NCBI GenBank assembly: GCA_051531975.1 | Contig: JAOPTT010000014.1 | Span: 135,167 to 199,166 of the forward strand | Direction: 5' to 3' | DNA length: 64,000 bases | Source: Spirochaetaceae bacterium | GTDB taxonomy: Bacteria; Spirochaetota; Spirochaetia; DSM-2461 | Notes under the pieces: generated by a model | Told to the model about the DNA's origin: nothing | Database searches by the model: none | Seen by the model: only the letters and a program-made list of their open reading frames with translations | Shown: positions 19,054 to 29,383 of the stretch, piece after piece | Layout of the letters: each line of letters starts with the position of its first letter | How positions within the stretch are numbered: the stretch's first letter is position 1 | Translations under genes and position numbers: made by a program

Positions 19054-20070
19054 GTGATATTAACTACTGGGAATGTACGGGATTTAAATAGAGAACTTAT
19101 TCGGGATTTTCTTCGGACAAATAAATTTGGGGATAAAAACTCTATATCTAAAAGTACTGGGCTTAGTATCTCATCATGTCGGAATATATTAAATGATATG
19201 ATTAAAACTGGAGAGATAACTGAAACTTCATCTGGGCTCTCTAATGGTGGAAGGCCTTATAAAAGGTTTTGTTATAATAAAGACTTCTCCTTTATTGGAG
19301 TTATATCTGTTCGTAATAGTGGAGATAAAATTTATCTCTATAACTCTGTAAATAATCTGTTTAAAGAGAGTATTCAAAGTTCACAGGATGAATTTTCATC
19401 TCTTAGTTATTCTGATATTGAAGCTGTTGTTACAGATATGGTTAGGGATTATCCCAAGCTAGAAGCTGTATCTATTGGTATCCCTGGAATTGTAATAGAC
19501 GGTTATATAGATATGTGCGATGTTGAAGAATTAAGCCATATACACCTTAAGCAAAAATTAGAAGAGAAGTTCTCACTTACTATTGTTGTAGAAAACGATG
19601 TTAATGCTGCAGCTATTGGATATTACACAGAGAGTATTGATAAAGAAGTTGAGAGTTTTGTTTATATATATTTCCCTCATGATGGGATACTTGGAGCAGG
19701 AATAATTATTAACGGTAAGATTATTAGAGGTGCTACTAATTTTGCTGGAGAAGTTGGATCTCTATCCCTTAGTTATGAGTATGAAAAAAAGAAAAAGATA
19801 CAGGATGATATGGATACTTTTTTAAACTATGTATCGGAAATTATTGTATCTGTTAATGCTGTATTAAACCCAAATGAGATTATAATTTCTTGGTCTAAAA
19901 TGGAGGGCGATTTTATGTTTTTATTAGCTGAAAAAATGTTAGCCCGAGGGAATAAACAACACCTACCTAAACTAAATAGTAATAATAATTTACACACAGA
20001 TTATATAAACGGACTTTTGTATTTAGGCATGAAAGAGATATCCTGTAAAATTGGAGTAACAGAACTATGA
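19054..20070 (+). CDS. ROK family transcriptional regulator
   Basis: N-terminal HTH with GGRP, then GIPG, ENDVNAAAIG, GAGIIING and AGEVG; GTG start after GAGGAG. Confidence 0.92.
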   Translation: MILTTGNVRDLNRELIRDFLRTNKFGDKNSISKSTGLSISSCRNILNDMIKTGEITETSSGLSNGGRPYKRFCYNKDFSFIGVISVRNSGDKIYLYNSVNNLFKESIQSSQDEFSSLSYSDIEAVVTDMVRDYPKLEAVSIGIPGIVIDGYIDMCDVEELSHIHLKQKLEEKFSLTIVVENDVNAAAIGYYTESIDKEVESFVYIYFPHDGILGAGIIINGKIIRGATNFAGEVGSLSLSYEYEKKKKIQDDMDTFLNYVSEIIVSVNAVLNPNEIIISWSKMEGDFMFLLAEKMLARGNKQHLPKLNSNNNLHTDYINGLLYLGMKEISCKIGVTEL

Positions 20071-21245
20071 TAACAACAATTCTTTTAATCATTATATATT
20101 TAGCTTTTATTAGTTTAGGACTACCTGATTCAATATTAGGTGTAACTATACCTAGTTTGATTGATAAAATGGGTATTTCACTATCAGCTGGTGGGGTTAT
20201 TAGCATGGTAGTTGTTGGTGGATCTGTTATATCTAGTTTCTTTAGTGGCTATATTATTAAAAAAATTGATACTGGTAAAATTGTATTTATTAGTTGTCTA
20301 ACTACAGGGTTAGCACTATTTGGATTCTCTATAGCACCATCGTATTTCTGGTTAATATTATTAGCCCTACCCCTTGGACTTGGTGGTGGAACTGTAGATG
20401 CAGCACTAAATAATTATATTGCTCTTCATTATAAAGCACATCATATGAACTGGTTACATGGCTTTTGGGGTGTAGGTGCAACACTTGGACCACTAATTAT
20501 GTCATGGAACCTCTCTAATGGTGGAAGTTGGAGATTTGGGTATAAAACAATATCATTTCTCCAGTTATCTTTGGCCCTGTTTTTACTGCTTAGTATCTCT
20601 ATATGGAGAAGGCATAAAGTCTTACATGCCCCTGTTTCCCAGGAGGTTCATTCCTCTGCTTATAGTGGGAATATCTTTAAGATGAAGGGACTAAAATATG
20701 CACTAATAACAGTACTTATATGCTGCGCCGTAGAACTTGGGGCAGGACTATGGGGAAGTAGTTACCTTGTAAGTATTAGGGGATTTAGTTTAGATAGTGC
20801 AGCTAGGTTTGTATCCTTGTATTATGCCGGAATAACTTTAGGCCGGTTTGTCTCTGGGTTTATATCATTTAAGTTAAATAACAGACAACTTATATTTTAT
20901 GGAACAATAATATCCTTAGTTGGGGTTCTACTACTACTTCTTAACCTACCTAACCAGATAACAGGTGCTGCTTTAGTTTTAATAGGGATTGGTTTAGCTC
21001 CAATATTCCCATCTATGTTACACGAAACACCTAAACGGTTTGGTAAAAAATTATCCCAGAAGATTATTGGATACCAGATGGCATTTGCCTATATGGGTAG
21101 TGCAATTGTACCTGTGTTATTAGGAATAATGTTCGACTTTATAAATATAAGTTTACTGCCTATAGCACTGTTTATTTTATTAGGTTTCATGCTTTTCTCT
21201 ACAAGTAAATTAAATAGAGTAACAGGAGAATCATATGAAGATTAA
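20067..21245 (+). CDS. MFS transporter (fucose permease-like)
   Basis: About 12 TM helices; FISLGLPDS, DAALN and HMNWLH motifs. Confidence 0.9.
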   Translation: MITTILLIIIYLAFISLGLPDSILGVTIPSLIDKMGISLSAGGVISMVVVGGSVISSFFSGYIIKKIDTGKIVFISCLTTGLALFGFSIAPSYFWLILLALPLGLGGGTVDAALNNYIALHYKAHHMNWLHGFWGVGATLGPLIMSWNLSNGGSWRFGYKTISFLQLSLALFLLLSISIWRRHKVLHAPVSQEVHSSAYSGNIFKMKGLKYALITVLICCAVELGAGLWGSSYLVSIRGFSLDSAARFVSLYYAGITLGRFVSGFISFKLNNRQLIFYGTIISLVGVLLLLLNLPNQITGAALVLIGIGLAPIFPSMLHETPKRFGKKLSQKIIGYQMAFAYMGSAIVPVLLGIMFDFINISLLPIALFILLGFMLFSTSKLNRVTGESYED

Positions 21246-21624
21246 TCATATAGCTTTCTGGGTAAAAGATTTAGAGAAAATGAAGGATTTTTATCAGAGG
21301 TTTTTTAATTGCACATCTGGTGATAAATATGTAAACAGTAAAAAGTTCTCTAGTTATTTTTTAACATTTGATTCTGGGGTTTCCATTGAACTCATGACAA
21401 AACCCTATATTTCTAATAAACAAGATTCTGCAGATGCCTATGATGTTTTTGGATATGCCCATATAGCTATTTCTGTCGGTTCTAAAGAAATTGTGAATTC
21501 TCTTACAGAGAGACTTAGGTCAGCTGAGTATGGGGTTGTAGGAGAAGTTAGAACAACTGGGGATGGTTATTATGAGAGTGTAATATTAGATCCAGAAGGT
21601 AACAAAATTGAGATTACTATTTAG
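21235..21624 (+). CDS. VOC/glyoxalase family protein
   Basis: MKINHIA, GYAHIAISVGS, RTTGDGYYES and DPEGNKIEI motifs. Confidence 0.92.
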   Translation: MKINHIAFWVKDLEKMKDFYQRFFNCTSGDKYVNSKKFSSYFLTFDSGVSIELMTKPYISNKQDSADAYDVFGYAHIAISVGSKEIVNSLTERLRSAEYGVVGEVRTTGDGYYESVILDPEGNKIEITI

Positions 21625-21632
21625 GATATTAA

Positions 21633-22655
21633 TTAACCTACAATTAGTCCATGTTTAGGTAATAACTCTTTAAGTACAAATGTTCTATATATAGATGCTG
21701 CTTGGAAAAACCTGTAGACATTTAATTTGTTTAATAGATCAGTTGTTAGTTCGTTAAAAAATCTTAAATCCTCATTCCATGATCTATAGTTTGGAATATC
21801 TTCCTTAACTGAACCAAGGAAGTCCCTGCTTTTTACTGAGTGTTTCCATGCCTCGATTCTTCCATCTAATGGTTTCTGCTGAGACAATATCTTGGCTACA
21901 TCTTCTTTAATATGATTAAAAGTCAGATTGATATCAGGATCTGCAAACTCAGGCCGGAGTTCTCCTATTTTTTTGAAATAATTAAAAAGAGCTTCTGAAC
22001 CTTCCATAAAAGTTTGATGATTATCCCGTCGATCTTTAACGTCATTACCAAACTCAAAAGACCAATAGAGATATGGTCTGTCAGGGTTAGTAAATACTCC
22101 ACCATGACCAAGGGACAATGTATTTGCATAATTCACAAGGAACTTCTCTTTCTGTTTATCTAGATGTTTTAAAACATCACCTACTGAGCCAACTGTTATA
22201 GTCTCAGATTTAACACTGTTATTATGGTTTGTTATTCCAGAAAAGCCATAATGTGAAAAAGTATCAGCATATACATGGGCAACAATTCCAACTAGTTCAG
22301 CAAAATAATCTTTATCTTTATTAAAAAAAACATACTCTAGTACATCTTTGGCTGTTGGACTATTTTTTTTGCAAACTAATCGGTCGTAATATGTATCACC
22401 TTCATTCCCTGGTAAAAAATGAAAAGGAACCCATACTTTATGTTGGTCTTTCTTTTCAATATAACTTTTATTAACTGGGTGATGGGCTGTTACAACTGGG
22501 TTAACTGTAGCACCGTCTGGGAGCTCAATATCCTCGTGGTATGAGTTATCATTTACAAACTGGGATGCTGTTGCAATTACATGAACAATATCCTTTTTTA
22601 ATCCTGCTGCTCTTGCTAGAGCATAGGTTCCATAATAATGCATATCTATCTGCAT
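21633..22655 (-). CDS. DUF6765-like protein, paralog 2
   Basis: Same length (340 aa) as 17726-18748 and colinear with it, with many identical blocks. Confidence 0.75.
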   Translation of the reverse strand: MQIDMHYYGTYALARAAGLKKDIVHVIATASQFVNDNSYHEDIELPDGATVNPVVTAHHPVNKSYIEKKDQHKVWVPFHFLPGNEGDTYYDRLVCKKNSPTAKDVLEYVFFNKDKDYFAELVGIVAHVYADTFSHYGFSGITNHNNSVKSETITVGSVGDVLKHLDKQKEKFLVNYANTLSLGHGGVFTNPDRPYLYWSFEFGNDVKDRRDNHQTFMEGSEALFNYFKKIGELRPEFADPDINLTFNHIKEDVAKILSQQKPLDGRIEAWKHSVKSRDFLGSVKEDIPNYRSWNEDLRFFNELTTDLLNKLNVYRFFQAASIYRTFVLKELLPKHGLIVG

Positions 22656-23035
22656 ATAAAATCCTTGTATATCATACTAAATGTTATCAAATTTACTGGC
22701 ATATCTATATATTCAAAAGTTATATTTTTGGCTAAATTTTCATATTTTCCTATAAATATGGGATTTCAAAGATAATTTTCCTTGTATTCCCCAAACATTA
22801 TATAAATTTACAGATAAAATTTGGTGTTTTAATATGAAATTAATGTAAAGTTAATTTAAAGGCTTTAATGTTCTTATGTTTATATCATTATAAATTGAAA
22901 ATTAAAAGACCTTAGCTTTCTGGCTGCCTTAAAAGAGTTCATCTTGATTATATGTAACTTTTAAATTATTATCTGTTAACTTAAATTCTTAATTCTTTAT
23001 CTGTTAAAGAATTACAAAGGTCGTTTAATAAGTCT

Positions 23036-24088
23036 ATGAAGATTGCAGTATTATTATCAGGTGGAGTAGATAGCTCCGTTGTTTTATTTAAATTATTAGA
23101 AGATGGTTATACAGATATAACAGCATATTATTTAAAAATATGGCTAGAAGATGAATTAGACTTCATGGGAGATTGCCCATGGGAAGAAGACCTATCTTAT
23201 GCTCAGGCAGTTTGTGACAAAGCTGGAATTGAACTTAAAACAGTATCACTACAACAAGACTATTACGATAAAGTAGTATCCTATGTAATTGCAGAGTTAA
23301 AAGAGGGTAGAACTCCATCCCCAGATATATTTTGTAACCAAAGAATTAAGTTTGGTGCATTCTACGATAAAATCACAGAGAACTACGATAAAGTAGCAAC
23401 TGGTCACTATGCTCAGATAAGAGAAGAAAACGGTATATTCTCAATGTATAGGTCACCAGATCTTATTAAAGATCAGACATACTTCTTAGCTCACCTATCC
23501 CAGGAACAGATATCAAAAGTAATGTTCCCTATTGGTGGATTAGAGAAAAATGAAGTAAGGGTATTAGCAGAGAAATACGACCTACCTAATAAAGCAAGAA
23601 AAGACAGCCAAGGAATTTGTTTCCTAGGGAAGATAAAATATAACGACTTTATTGGTCACTACCTTGGTAAAGAGGTTGGAGAGATCGTAAACAGGGAAAC
23701 TTTAGAAGTTCTTGGTAAACATAACGGATTTTGGTACCACACAGTTGGGCAAAGAAGTGGCCTTGGCTTGAGTGGTGGACCATGGTTTGTAGTAGGAAAA
23801 GATACAAAAACAAATACTGTATATGTAAGTCATCAGAAAAATGATGAAAACAGAGAAAAACGTATATTTACAGTTAAAAACTTAAGTTGGTTAGGTAAAA
23901 AACCAACAGAAGATACACTAAGCATAAAGTTAAGACATGGCCCTAATATGGTTAAATGTTTTATTAATTGGTTAGAAGATGACAAAATTGAGATAACAAT
24001 GGCAGAACCAGATAAAGGAGTTGCTCCTGGACAGTTTGCAATCTTCTACTCTGGAGAAAAATGTCTAGGATGTGGACGAATAGAATAA
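23036..24088 (+). CDS. mnmA: tRNA-specific 2-thiouridylase
   Basis: SGGVDS, PDIFCN, ATGHYA, KDQTYFL, KDSQGICF and PGQ motifs. Confidence 0.97.
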   Translation: MKIAVLLSGGVDSSVVLFKLLEDGYTDITAYYLKIWLEDELDFMGDCPWEEDLSYAQAVCDKAGIELKTVSLQQDYYDKVVSYVIAELKEGRTPSPDIFCNQRIKFGAFYDKITENYDKVATGHYAQIREENGIFSMYRSPDLIKDQTYFLAHLSQEQISKVMFPIGGLEKNEVRVLAEKYDLPNKARKDSQGICFLGKIKYNDFIGHYLGKEVGEIVNRETLEVLGKHNGFWYHTVGQRSGLGLSGGPWFVVGKDTKTNTVYVSHQKNDENREKRIFTVKNLSWLGKKPTEDTLSIKLRHGPNMVKCFINWLEDDKIEITMAEPDKGVAPGQFAIFYSGEKCLGCGRIE

Positions 24089-24171
24089 AAAAACTATAGA
24101 ATTCGATTCCATATAGTTTTATAATTAAGATATGCAGCTAGCCTTACTTTAAAATAATAAAGGTAGCCTTT

Positions 24172-25863
24172 ATGAAAAGTTTGGATAAAGTATTAGGAGA
24201 AAAGGTTTTAGGAGTTAGAGTTACGCCTCTAACACTAAAAATTGTTCTAATATTTGTATTATTATTATTAGTATCTAATTTCTCTTCAAACTACATTAAC
24301 TTAACCCTAAATAAAGGTCAGCAATTAAAACTCATGAATCAGCTTCTTATCAAAGACTTAAAGGAGCTGCACATATTTGCAATGAATCAGTATGAAATAT
24401 ACTTTTTCACCCAGGATCTTGATACAACAATTCAAATAATAATTGATAATGCAAAAAAGCAACTACAAGGTGAAAAGTCAGTAGCTTTTGCAGTTAACCC
24501 TCAGGGGGAGATACTGTTCTACGCATCTAAAACCCCTACAATAACGACCTTAGAAGATAAAGATGCCCTAGAAGTAATAAATGCCAATGCACAGAACGAC
24601 ATAATCGAAAATACAATCGAGTTTAAAATAGGAAATGATGATTATTTTGGGATATATAAATATCATCCAAGGTGGGATTATTATTTTGTAAGAGGAGAAG
24701 AAAAGGTTGAATTCTACTCTGAAACCCAGTTAATATTTTATAGAATCTCCCTTATAATAATAGCATTAACTTTAATATGTACAATTCTTGGAGTCTATCT
24801 GATTAGGAGGATATTAAGATTTGTAAAAGTAATAACCCATGCAATTATGGAAATGCATAAAAGTAACAAAATGGGTTTAATAAACTTAGAAGGTGCCAGC
24901 CCAGACGAGATAACATATTTAGGGGCAGCACTAAATGCAACTTCTAGTACCATAGATACCTTAATGAACATATTTAAAAAGTTTGTAACAAAGGACGTTG
25001 CATTAAAAGCATATGAAGAGAAACAGATACGTCTCGAAGGATCAAAGTCAAATCTAACAATACTTTTTTCCGACATTAAAAGTTTCACATTTATAACAGA
25101 AGCCCTGGGAACCGACCTTATACAGCTATTAAATACCCACTATAACAATACCTTCAAACCAATTCATGATAACGATGGAATAATTGGTTCTATAATTGGG
25201 GATGCCTTACTGGCTGTTTTTGGAACCTATGGAAGTAAAGAAAACAAATCCTTACAAGCTATTAGATCAGGATTTGCAATACAGGAAGCTACAGAGGAAC
25301 TACGGAGTGATATGAAAAGAATAAAGCTAGCCCGGGAAAAGGATGTAGGAACATTAACAGATATAGAAATAAAAGTATTTAAAGCTGTTTCCTTAGAAGT
25401 TGGTGTTGGTATAGATGGTGGTGAAGTTTTTTACGGAAACATTGGTTCTTTTAGTAGAATGGCAAATACTGTTATTGGAGATAATGTTAACTCATCCTCA
25501 AGACTAGAGGGACTAACAAGAATATATAAAATCCCAATAATCTGCTCAGAATATGTTAAAGATGAAGTAATATCATGTAGCGATAAATATGCATTTGAAG
25601 AAGTAGACCAAGTTTTTGTTAAGGGTAAAACCGAGGGTAAAAGAATCTACTGGCCTATAGAGAAAGATAAAATTGATTCAGAACTTAAAGAGTTTTTTAA
25701 ATTATTTAAAATAGCTCGAGATCTCTATTATATAGGATATTGGGACGAATCTAAAAAATTATTTAATGAGTTAAACCATCCAATTTGTGATGAGTTTATA
25801 ATCAGATTAAACCAGGAGAAGCCTGAAAATTGGAGTGGAGTATGGTCGATGACAAGCAAATAG
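24172..25863 (+). CDS. Membrane-bound class III adenylate/guanylate cyclase (2 TM, periplasmic sensor, HAMP-like linker)
   Basis: FSDIKSFT, IGDALLA, GNIGS and TVIGDNVNSSSRLEG motifs. Confidence 0.9.
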   Translation: MKSLDKVLGEKVLGVRVTPLTLKIVLIFVLLLLVSNFSSNYINLTLNKGQQLKLMNQLLIKDLKELHIFAMNQYEIYFFTQDLDTTIQIIIDNAKKQLQGEKSVAFAVNPQGEILFYASKTPTITTLEDKDALEVINANAQNDIIENTIEFKIGNDDYFGIYKYHPRWDYYFVRGEEKVEFYSETQLIFYRISLIIIALTLICTILGVYLIRRILRFVKVITHAIMEMHKSNKMGLINLEGASPDEITYLGAALNATSSTIDTLMNIFKKFVTKDVALKAYEEKQIRLEGSKSNLTILFSDIKSFTFITEALGTDLIQLLNTHYNNTFKPIHDNDGIIGSIIGDALLAVFGTYGSKENKSLQAIRSGFAIQEATEELRSDMKRIKLAREKDVGTLTDIEIKVFKAVSLEVGVGIDGGEVFYGNIGSFSRMANTVIGDNVNSSSRLEGLTRIYKIPIICSEYVKDEVISCSDKYAFEEVDQVFVKGKTEGKRIYWPIEKDKIDSELKEFFKLFKIARDLYYIGYWDESKKLFNELNHPICDEFIIRLNQEKPENWSGVWSMTSK

Positions 25864-27254
25864 TTCTAAATGATAAAAACCTTACCCACAATGCAACAAC
25901 ACTGTTTATACATGAAGAATCAGAACATAATATCCCGCCAAAGTTATATGACCTGGATCTGGAATTTTCTAATACTAAAAAGAATAAAAATAGGGTTACA
26001 GTTGTCTCTCTAATATTATTTACCCTAATTTTTATAGCTGCAGCATATTTTGTAACTAGGTATATAGAGAATCAAAACAGTCAGGTTCCAATTAGTATCG
26101 ATGCATTTGAAGATGTTAACTTAAGGGAAATATTTGATAAAGCCAAACAATACAATAAAGAGATGAAAGATGCCCGACGAGAATTAAAGGATTTAATAAC
26201 ACAAAAAGAGGCTGGTATCTTAGATTTAGAAGATAGAGCATCAGGTCAAACCCAGATAATTAATACAGAGAACCCAATAAATAAAGCCTCTAAAATAAAC
26301 AGTATTAAAGACAGTCTAGAAATTGATATAAAAAACCATACAGAATCATATGACAAGGCAATACTCCAACTAGAAAATAGAATTATTTCTATACAGGATA
26401 ATATTGACTCCTACGATACAAGAATTGTAAAAAAAGCTCAGGAACAGGAAGAGTTAATAAACAATCAACAAAAAAGATTTGATATGGAGATGGAAAAATC
26501 TGTAGATTATTATGAAGGGAAAATTAAGGATCTGGAAAATACCCATAAACTTCAAGTTGAGAATATAGTATTAAATAATACTGAGTTAATAAAAACAATA
26601 AATAAGAATAACGATATATATGCAAAATCCTTAGAGGACAAATATAATCCAAAACTATTTCAAGATTATTTAACAAACGTTACTTTAAACAATATTAATA
26701 TAGATACCTTAAGAAGTAATAATATTGGAGATACTATTTACGATGAAGGACTGCTAAATAGAGATAAAGTAGATATTCAGCTACAAAAGGTAATTAATGC
26801 AAAAGAGACATTTAATAACTTAAAAGATATTCCCTACTACAACTACCCAAAACAAGCCATAAACTATTTAGAAAATGTCTATCAGGGTACAGTAGGAGAT
26901 TATACAGACCTAATAAAAATGGTTGGGCCAAAAATCAACTTTAAAAACAGTGTAATAAGGTCTAAGACATACGAAATTGATCAAATGGATTATTTTTTAA
27001 CCAACTACGTAAAAACCAGTCGAGTTAATGGTGTAATCATCGATCCTAGAAACAGTGCCATAAAAGTATTTATGGACCCAATTTACAACATAAAAGAAGA
27101 TACAACAGGTCTAGTTTTTAGAAACGACAGTGATTATATAGGTATGATTCAGTTTAAATATAGAAATGGTGTCTTAATTGCTAGAGTATTACAGCTTTCA
27201 GATGAAAATCGAGGAATAAACCCCTTCGATAAAATACTTATAAACCTTAAATAG
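25842..27254 (+). CDS. Single-pass membrane coiled-coil protein
   Basis: One TM helix and long heptad-like stretches; overlaps the cyclase stop, and the start at ATG 25842 follows GGAG motifs. Confidence 0.75.
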   Translation: MVDDKQIVLNDKNLTHNATTLFIHEESEHNIPPKLYDLDLEFSNTKKNKNRVTVVSLILFTLIFIAAAYFVTRYIENQNSQVPISIDAFEDVNLREIFDKAKQYNKEMKDARRELKDLITQKEAGILDLEDRASGQTQIINTENPINKASKINSIKDSLEIDIKNHTESYDKAILQLENRIISIQDNIDSYDTRIVKKAQEQEELINNQQKRFDMEMEKSVDYYEGKIKDLENTHKLQVENIVLNNTELIKTINKNNDIYAKSLEDKYNPKLFQDYLTNVTLNNINIDTLRSNNIGDTIYDEGLLNRDKVDIQLQKVINAKETFNNLKDIPYYNYPKQAINYLENVYQGTVGDYTDLIKMVGPKINFKNSVIRSKTYEIDQMDYFLTNYVKTSRVNGVIIDPRNSAIKVFMDPIYNIKEDTTGLVFRNDSDYIGMIQFKYRNGVLIARVLQLSDENRGINPFDKILINLK

Positions 27255-27263
27255 GAGGAGTTT

Positions 27264-28052
27264 ATGAAAAGGATATTTATATTATTATTGCTTAGCCCAT
27301 ATCTGTTCTCTATAGAGGATATAGATGTTACATCAAAGGAAGTTTTAAGTAGCCAACAGGAAGAGTTAGTTACCCGAACCTATGAGACATTTCATAATTG
27401 GCCAGAAATGTTGGTTAAAAAATCAAACCTAATATTTGAAGATGATAAATTAAGTATAATAATTGAACTGGATGAACTAAACTATAAAAATATTGAGATA
27501 TCCCAGTACATGCCTTCTGGAATACAACTCTATTATAATACATTTTATGAATACGACTTTAGAATGTTTAAAGATGGTCTTTTTATGCGTCTAAGAGGTC
27601 AATATTTCTCAAAAGAAGAATTTCTAGAGGAACTATACAAGGCAGTTCAAGACCCTATATTATACATTAAAGTTCATGACCCATCATACTTTATTAAGCA
27701 GATAGACCTTATTAGGGAAGAAAATAAAGACCGGAATAAGGAACTACTTGAACTTATAGAAAATCTAACAGAGCAACATAATAAACTACAGGTCGATTAC
27801 ACTGAACTGTTAGATAAACACCAAAAATTAACTACAGGTGTTATATCACTTAATAACACAGGATTTTTAGGCTCTCTTGCGGAGTATGATACAACATACG
27901 TAGAGTTAGTAATAACTCATAAAACAGAGAACAGCAACTTAACTGTTAAAGAGCTAGCTAAGTTATTAAAGGATAGCGGAACACCGGTTCCAGAAAAAGT
28001 AATTGAGTCTATTTTTATTATATATTTTGAGGAGTTCTCACAAAACAAATAG
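27264..28052 (+). CDS. Hypothetical exported protein
   Basis: AGGAGG RBS, signal peptide and a coiled-coil segment. Confidence 0.75.
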   Translation: MKRIFILLLLSPYLFSIEDIDVTSKEVLSSQQEELVTRTYETFHNWPEMLVKKSNLIFEDDKLSIIIELDELNYKNIEISQYMPSGIQLYYNTFYEYDFRMFKDGLFMRLRGQYFSKEEFLEELYKAVQDPILYIKVHDPSYFIKQIDLIREENKDRNKELLELIENLTEQHNKLQVDYTELLDKHQKLTTGVISLNNTGFLGSLAEYDTTYVELVITHKTENSNLTVKELAKLLKDSGTPVPEKVIESIFIIYFEEFSQNK

Positions 28053-28111
28053 TAATTGATATTAAACAGTTGACACTAAATAGTAAATTCTATAAATTAC
28101 TAACTGTTATC

Positions 28112-28185
28112 GGGTCTATAGCTCAGTTGGTTAGAGTCCCTGACTCATAATCAGGTTGTCCTAAGTTCAAGTCTTAGTGGACCCA
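28112..28185 (+). tRNA. tRNA with CAT anticodon, probably tRNA-Ile2 (lysidine-modified) rather than Met; CCA not encoded
   Basis: Acceptor stem GGGTCTA/TGGACCC, D arm AGCTCAGTTGGTTAGAG, anticodon arm CCTGA-CTCATAA-TCAGG and T loop GTTCAAG. Upstream TTGACA at 28070-28075. Confidence 0.93.
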
Positions 28186-28187
28186 TA

Positions 28188-28218
28188 TAAAGCATCTTAA
28201 TCTTAAGATGCTTTTTTT
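28188..28218 (+). terminator. Intrinsic terminator after the tRNA
   Basis: aaagcatcttaa...ttaagatgcttttttt hairpin with a T tract. Confidence 0.85.
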
Positions 28219-28392
28219 ATTTATAACTCCTTAACTAACAAGAGATTGAATCATCCTCTAATAAATCCTAAAGTATCATTTGGTGGGCAGTTCCAACAAT
28301 TTAAATTTCATGACAAGTGCGGCTGTGGCGATGTTCAAGTAAAAATAATTGTAAATATATTTACTCCATGATATTTTTAATAGGGAGCTAAA

Positions 28393-29382
28393 ATGCATAT
28401 CTATAAAAGTTTAAAACAGATAAAAGTAATATTTATTTTAAGTTTAATATTTTTTATGTGGGGTTGCGTAAGCTCTCCTAAAGAAGAAAGTCCAGAACAG
28501 CAGGAAAAGATTGTTTTAAACAACCGTTTGACTCTGAATAAACATACCATTTATCTTCCCTCTGACTGGGTATATGTACAAAATAGTCTTTATACTGGGA
28601 CACTTTTTGATTTTAAGTCATCTAATGGAATTGAAGGTGGATTAGAACATATAACTTTTGATTTCGATATTGATACTATTAAACTTAAGAATTTTTATAT
28701 AGATAATGTATTCGAATCTGATTCCAAAATTGAAACAGAGACCTTAAACTTCGTAGAATTAGGAGAGGTTGTTTCTTTTTCAGGACATTATAAAAACAGG
28801 AACTTATACAGCTTAATGTTTTATTCAGGGAACGATGTTACATTTCTACATTTCTCAAACCCATTAGAAGATTCAAAGGTTATTCTAAAAACATATGCAG
28901 ATACAATACTTAATAGTTATGAATATAACGACAGATCAGGACTTTCTGTTAGGGAAAAAGAAGATTATCCTCTATTTTACGATGTAACTAATAATTGGAT
29001 TTGGTATGACGACTTTAGAGATGGATTTTATATTGTTAAAAATAATGTTGAAGATTTAGGTGACCTTATTGCTGGCCTCTGGACTATTACTCCTGAAGAG
29101 TTAAATAATTTAGGAAATATTGAAGAATTTGATATAGAGCCATTTAGCTTTACTTTACGTATTAGAAACGAGAAAAAATTAGTCAATGTTTATGGAATTA
29201 GAAATGTTTCTGATAAAAGAAATTCAAGTGTGTATTACACCTTTAAATTAGACTCTAATATTTATTGTCTATACATAGCCGGAGCTCCTATTATTACAAA
29301 TGTAGATATAAATAATAATATTTATAAAGATGAATTACAAAACCTATTTGATTACAATATTGTTTTTACAAGGGGAGAGTAA
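28393..29382 (+). CDS. Hypothetical lipoprotein
   Basis: Hydrophobic leader ending in FMWGC. Confidence 0.75.
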   Translation: MHIYKSLKQIKVIFILSLIFFMWGCVSSPKEESPEQQEKIVLNNRLTLNKHTIYLPSDWVYVQNSLYTGTLFDFKSSNGIEGGLEHITFDFDIDTIKLKNFYIDNVFESDSKIETETLNFVELGEVVSFSGHYKNRNLYSLMFYSGNDVTFLHFSNPLEDSKVILKTYADTILNSYEYNDRSGLSVREKEDYPLFYDVTNNWIWYDDFRDGFYIVKNNVEDLGDLIAGLWTITPEELNNLGNIEEFDIEPFSFTLRIRNEKKLVNVYGIRNVSDKRNSSVYYTFKLDSNIYCLYIAGAPIITNVDINNNIYKDELQNLFDYNIVFTRGE

Positions 29383-29383
29383 A

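Noticed and set aside
28268..28285. LKYHLV-coding stretch reminiscent of IS200 TnpA
   Set aside because: Only six codons match, with no continuing similarity or IS-end hairpins; compatible with chance.
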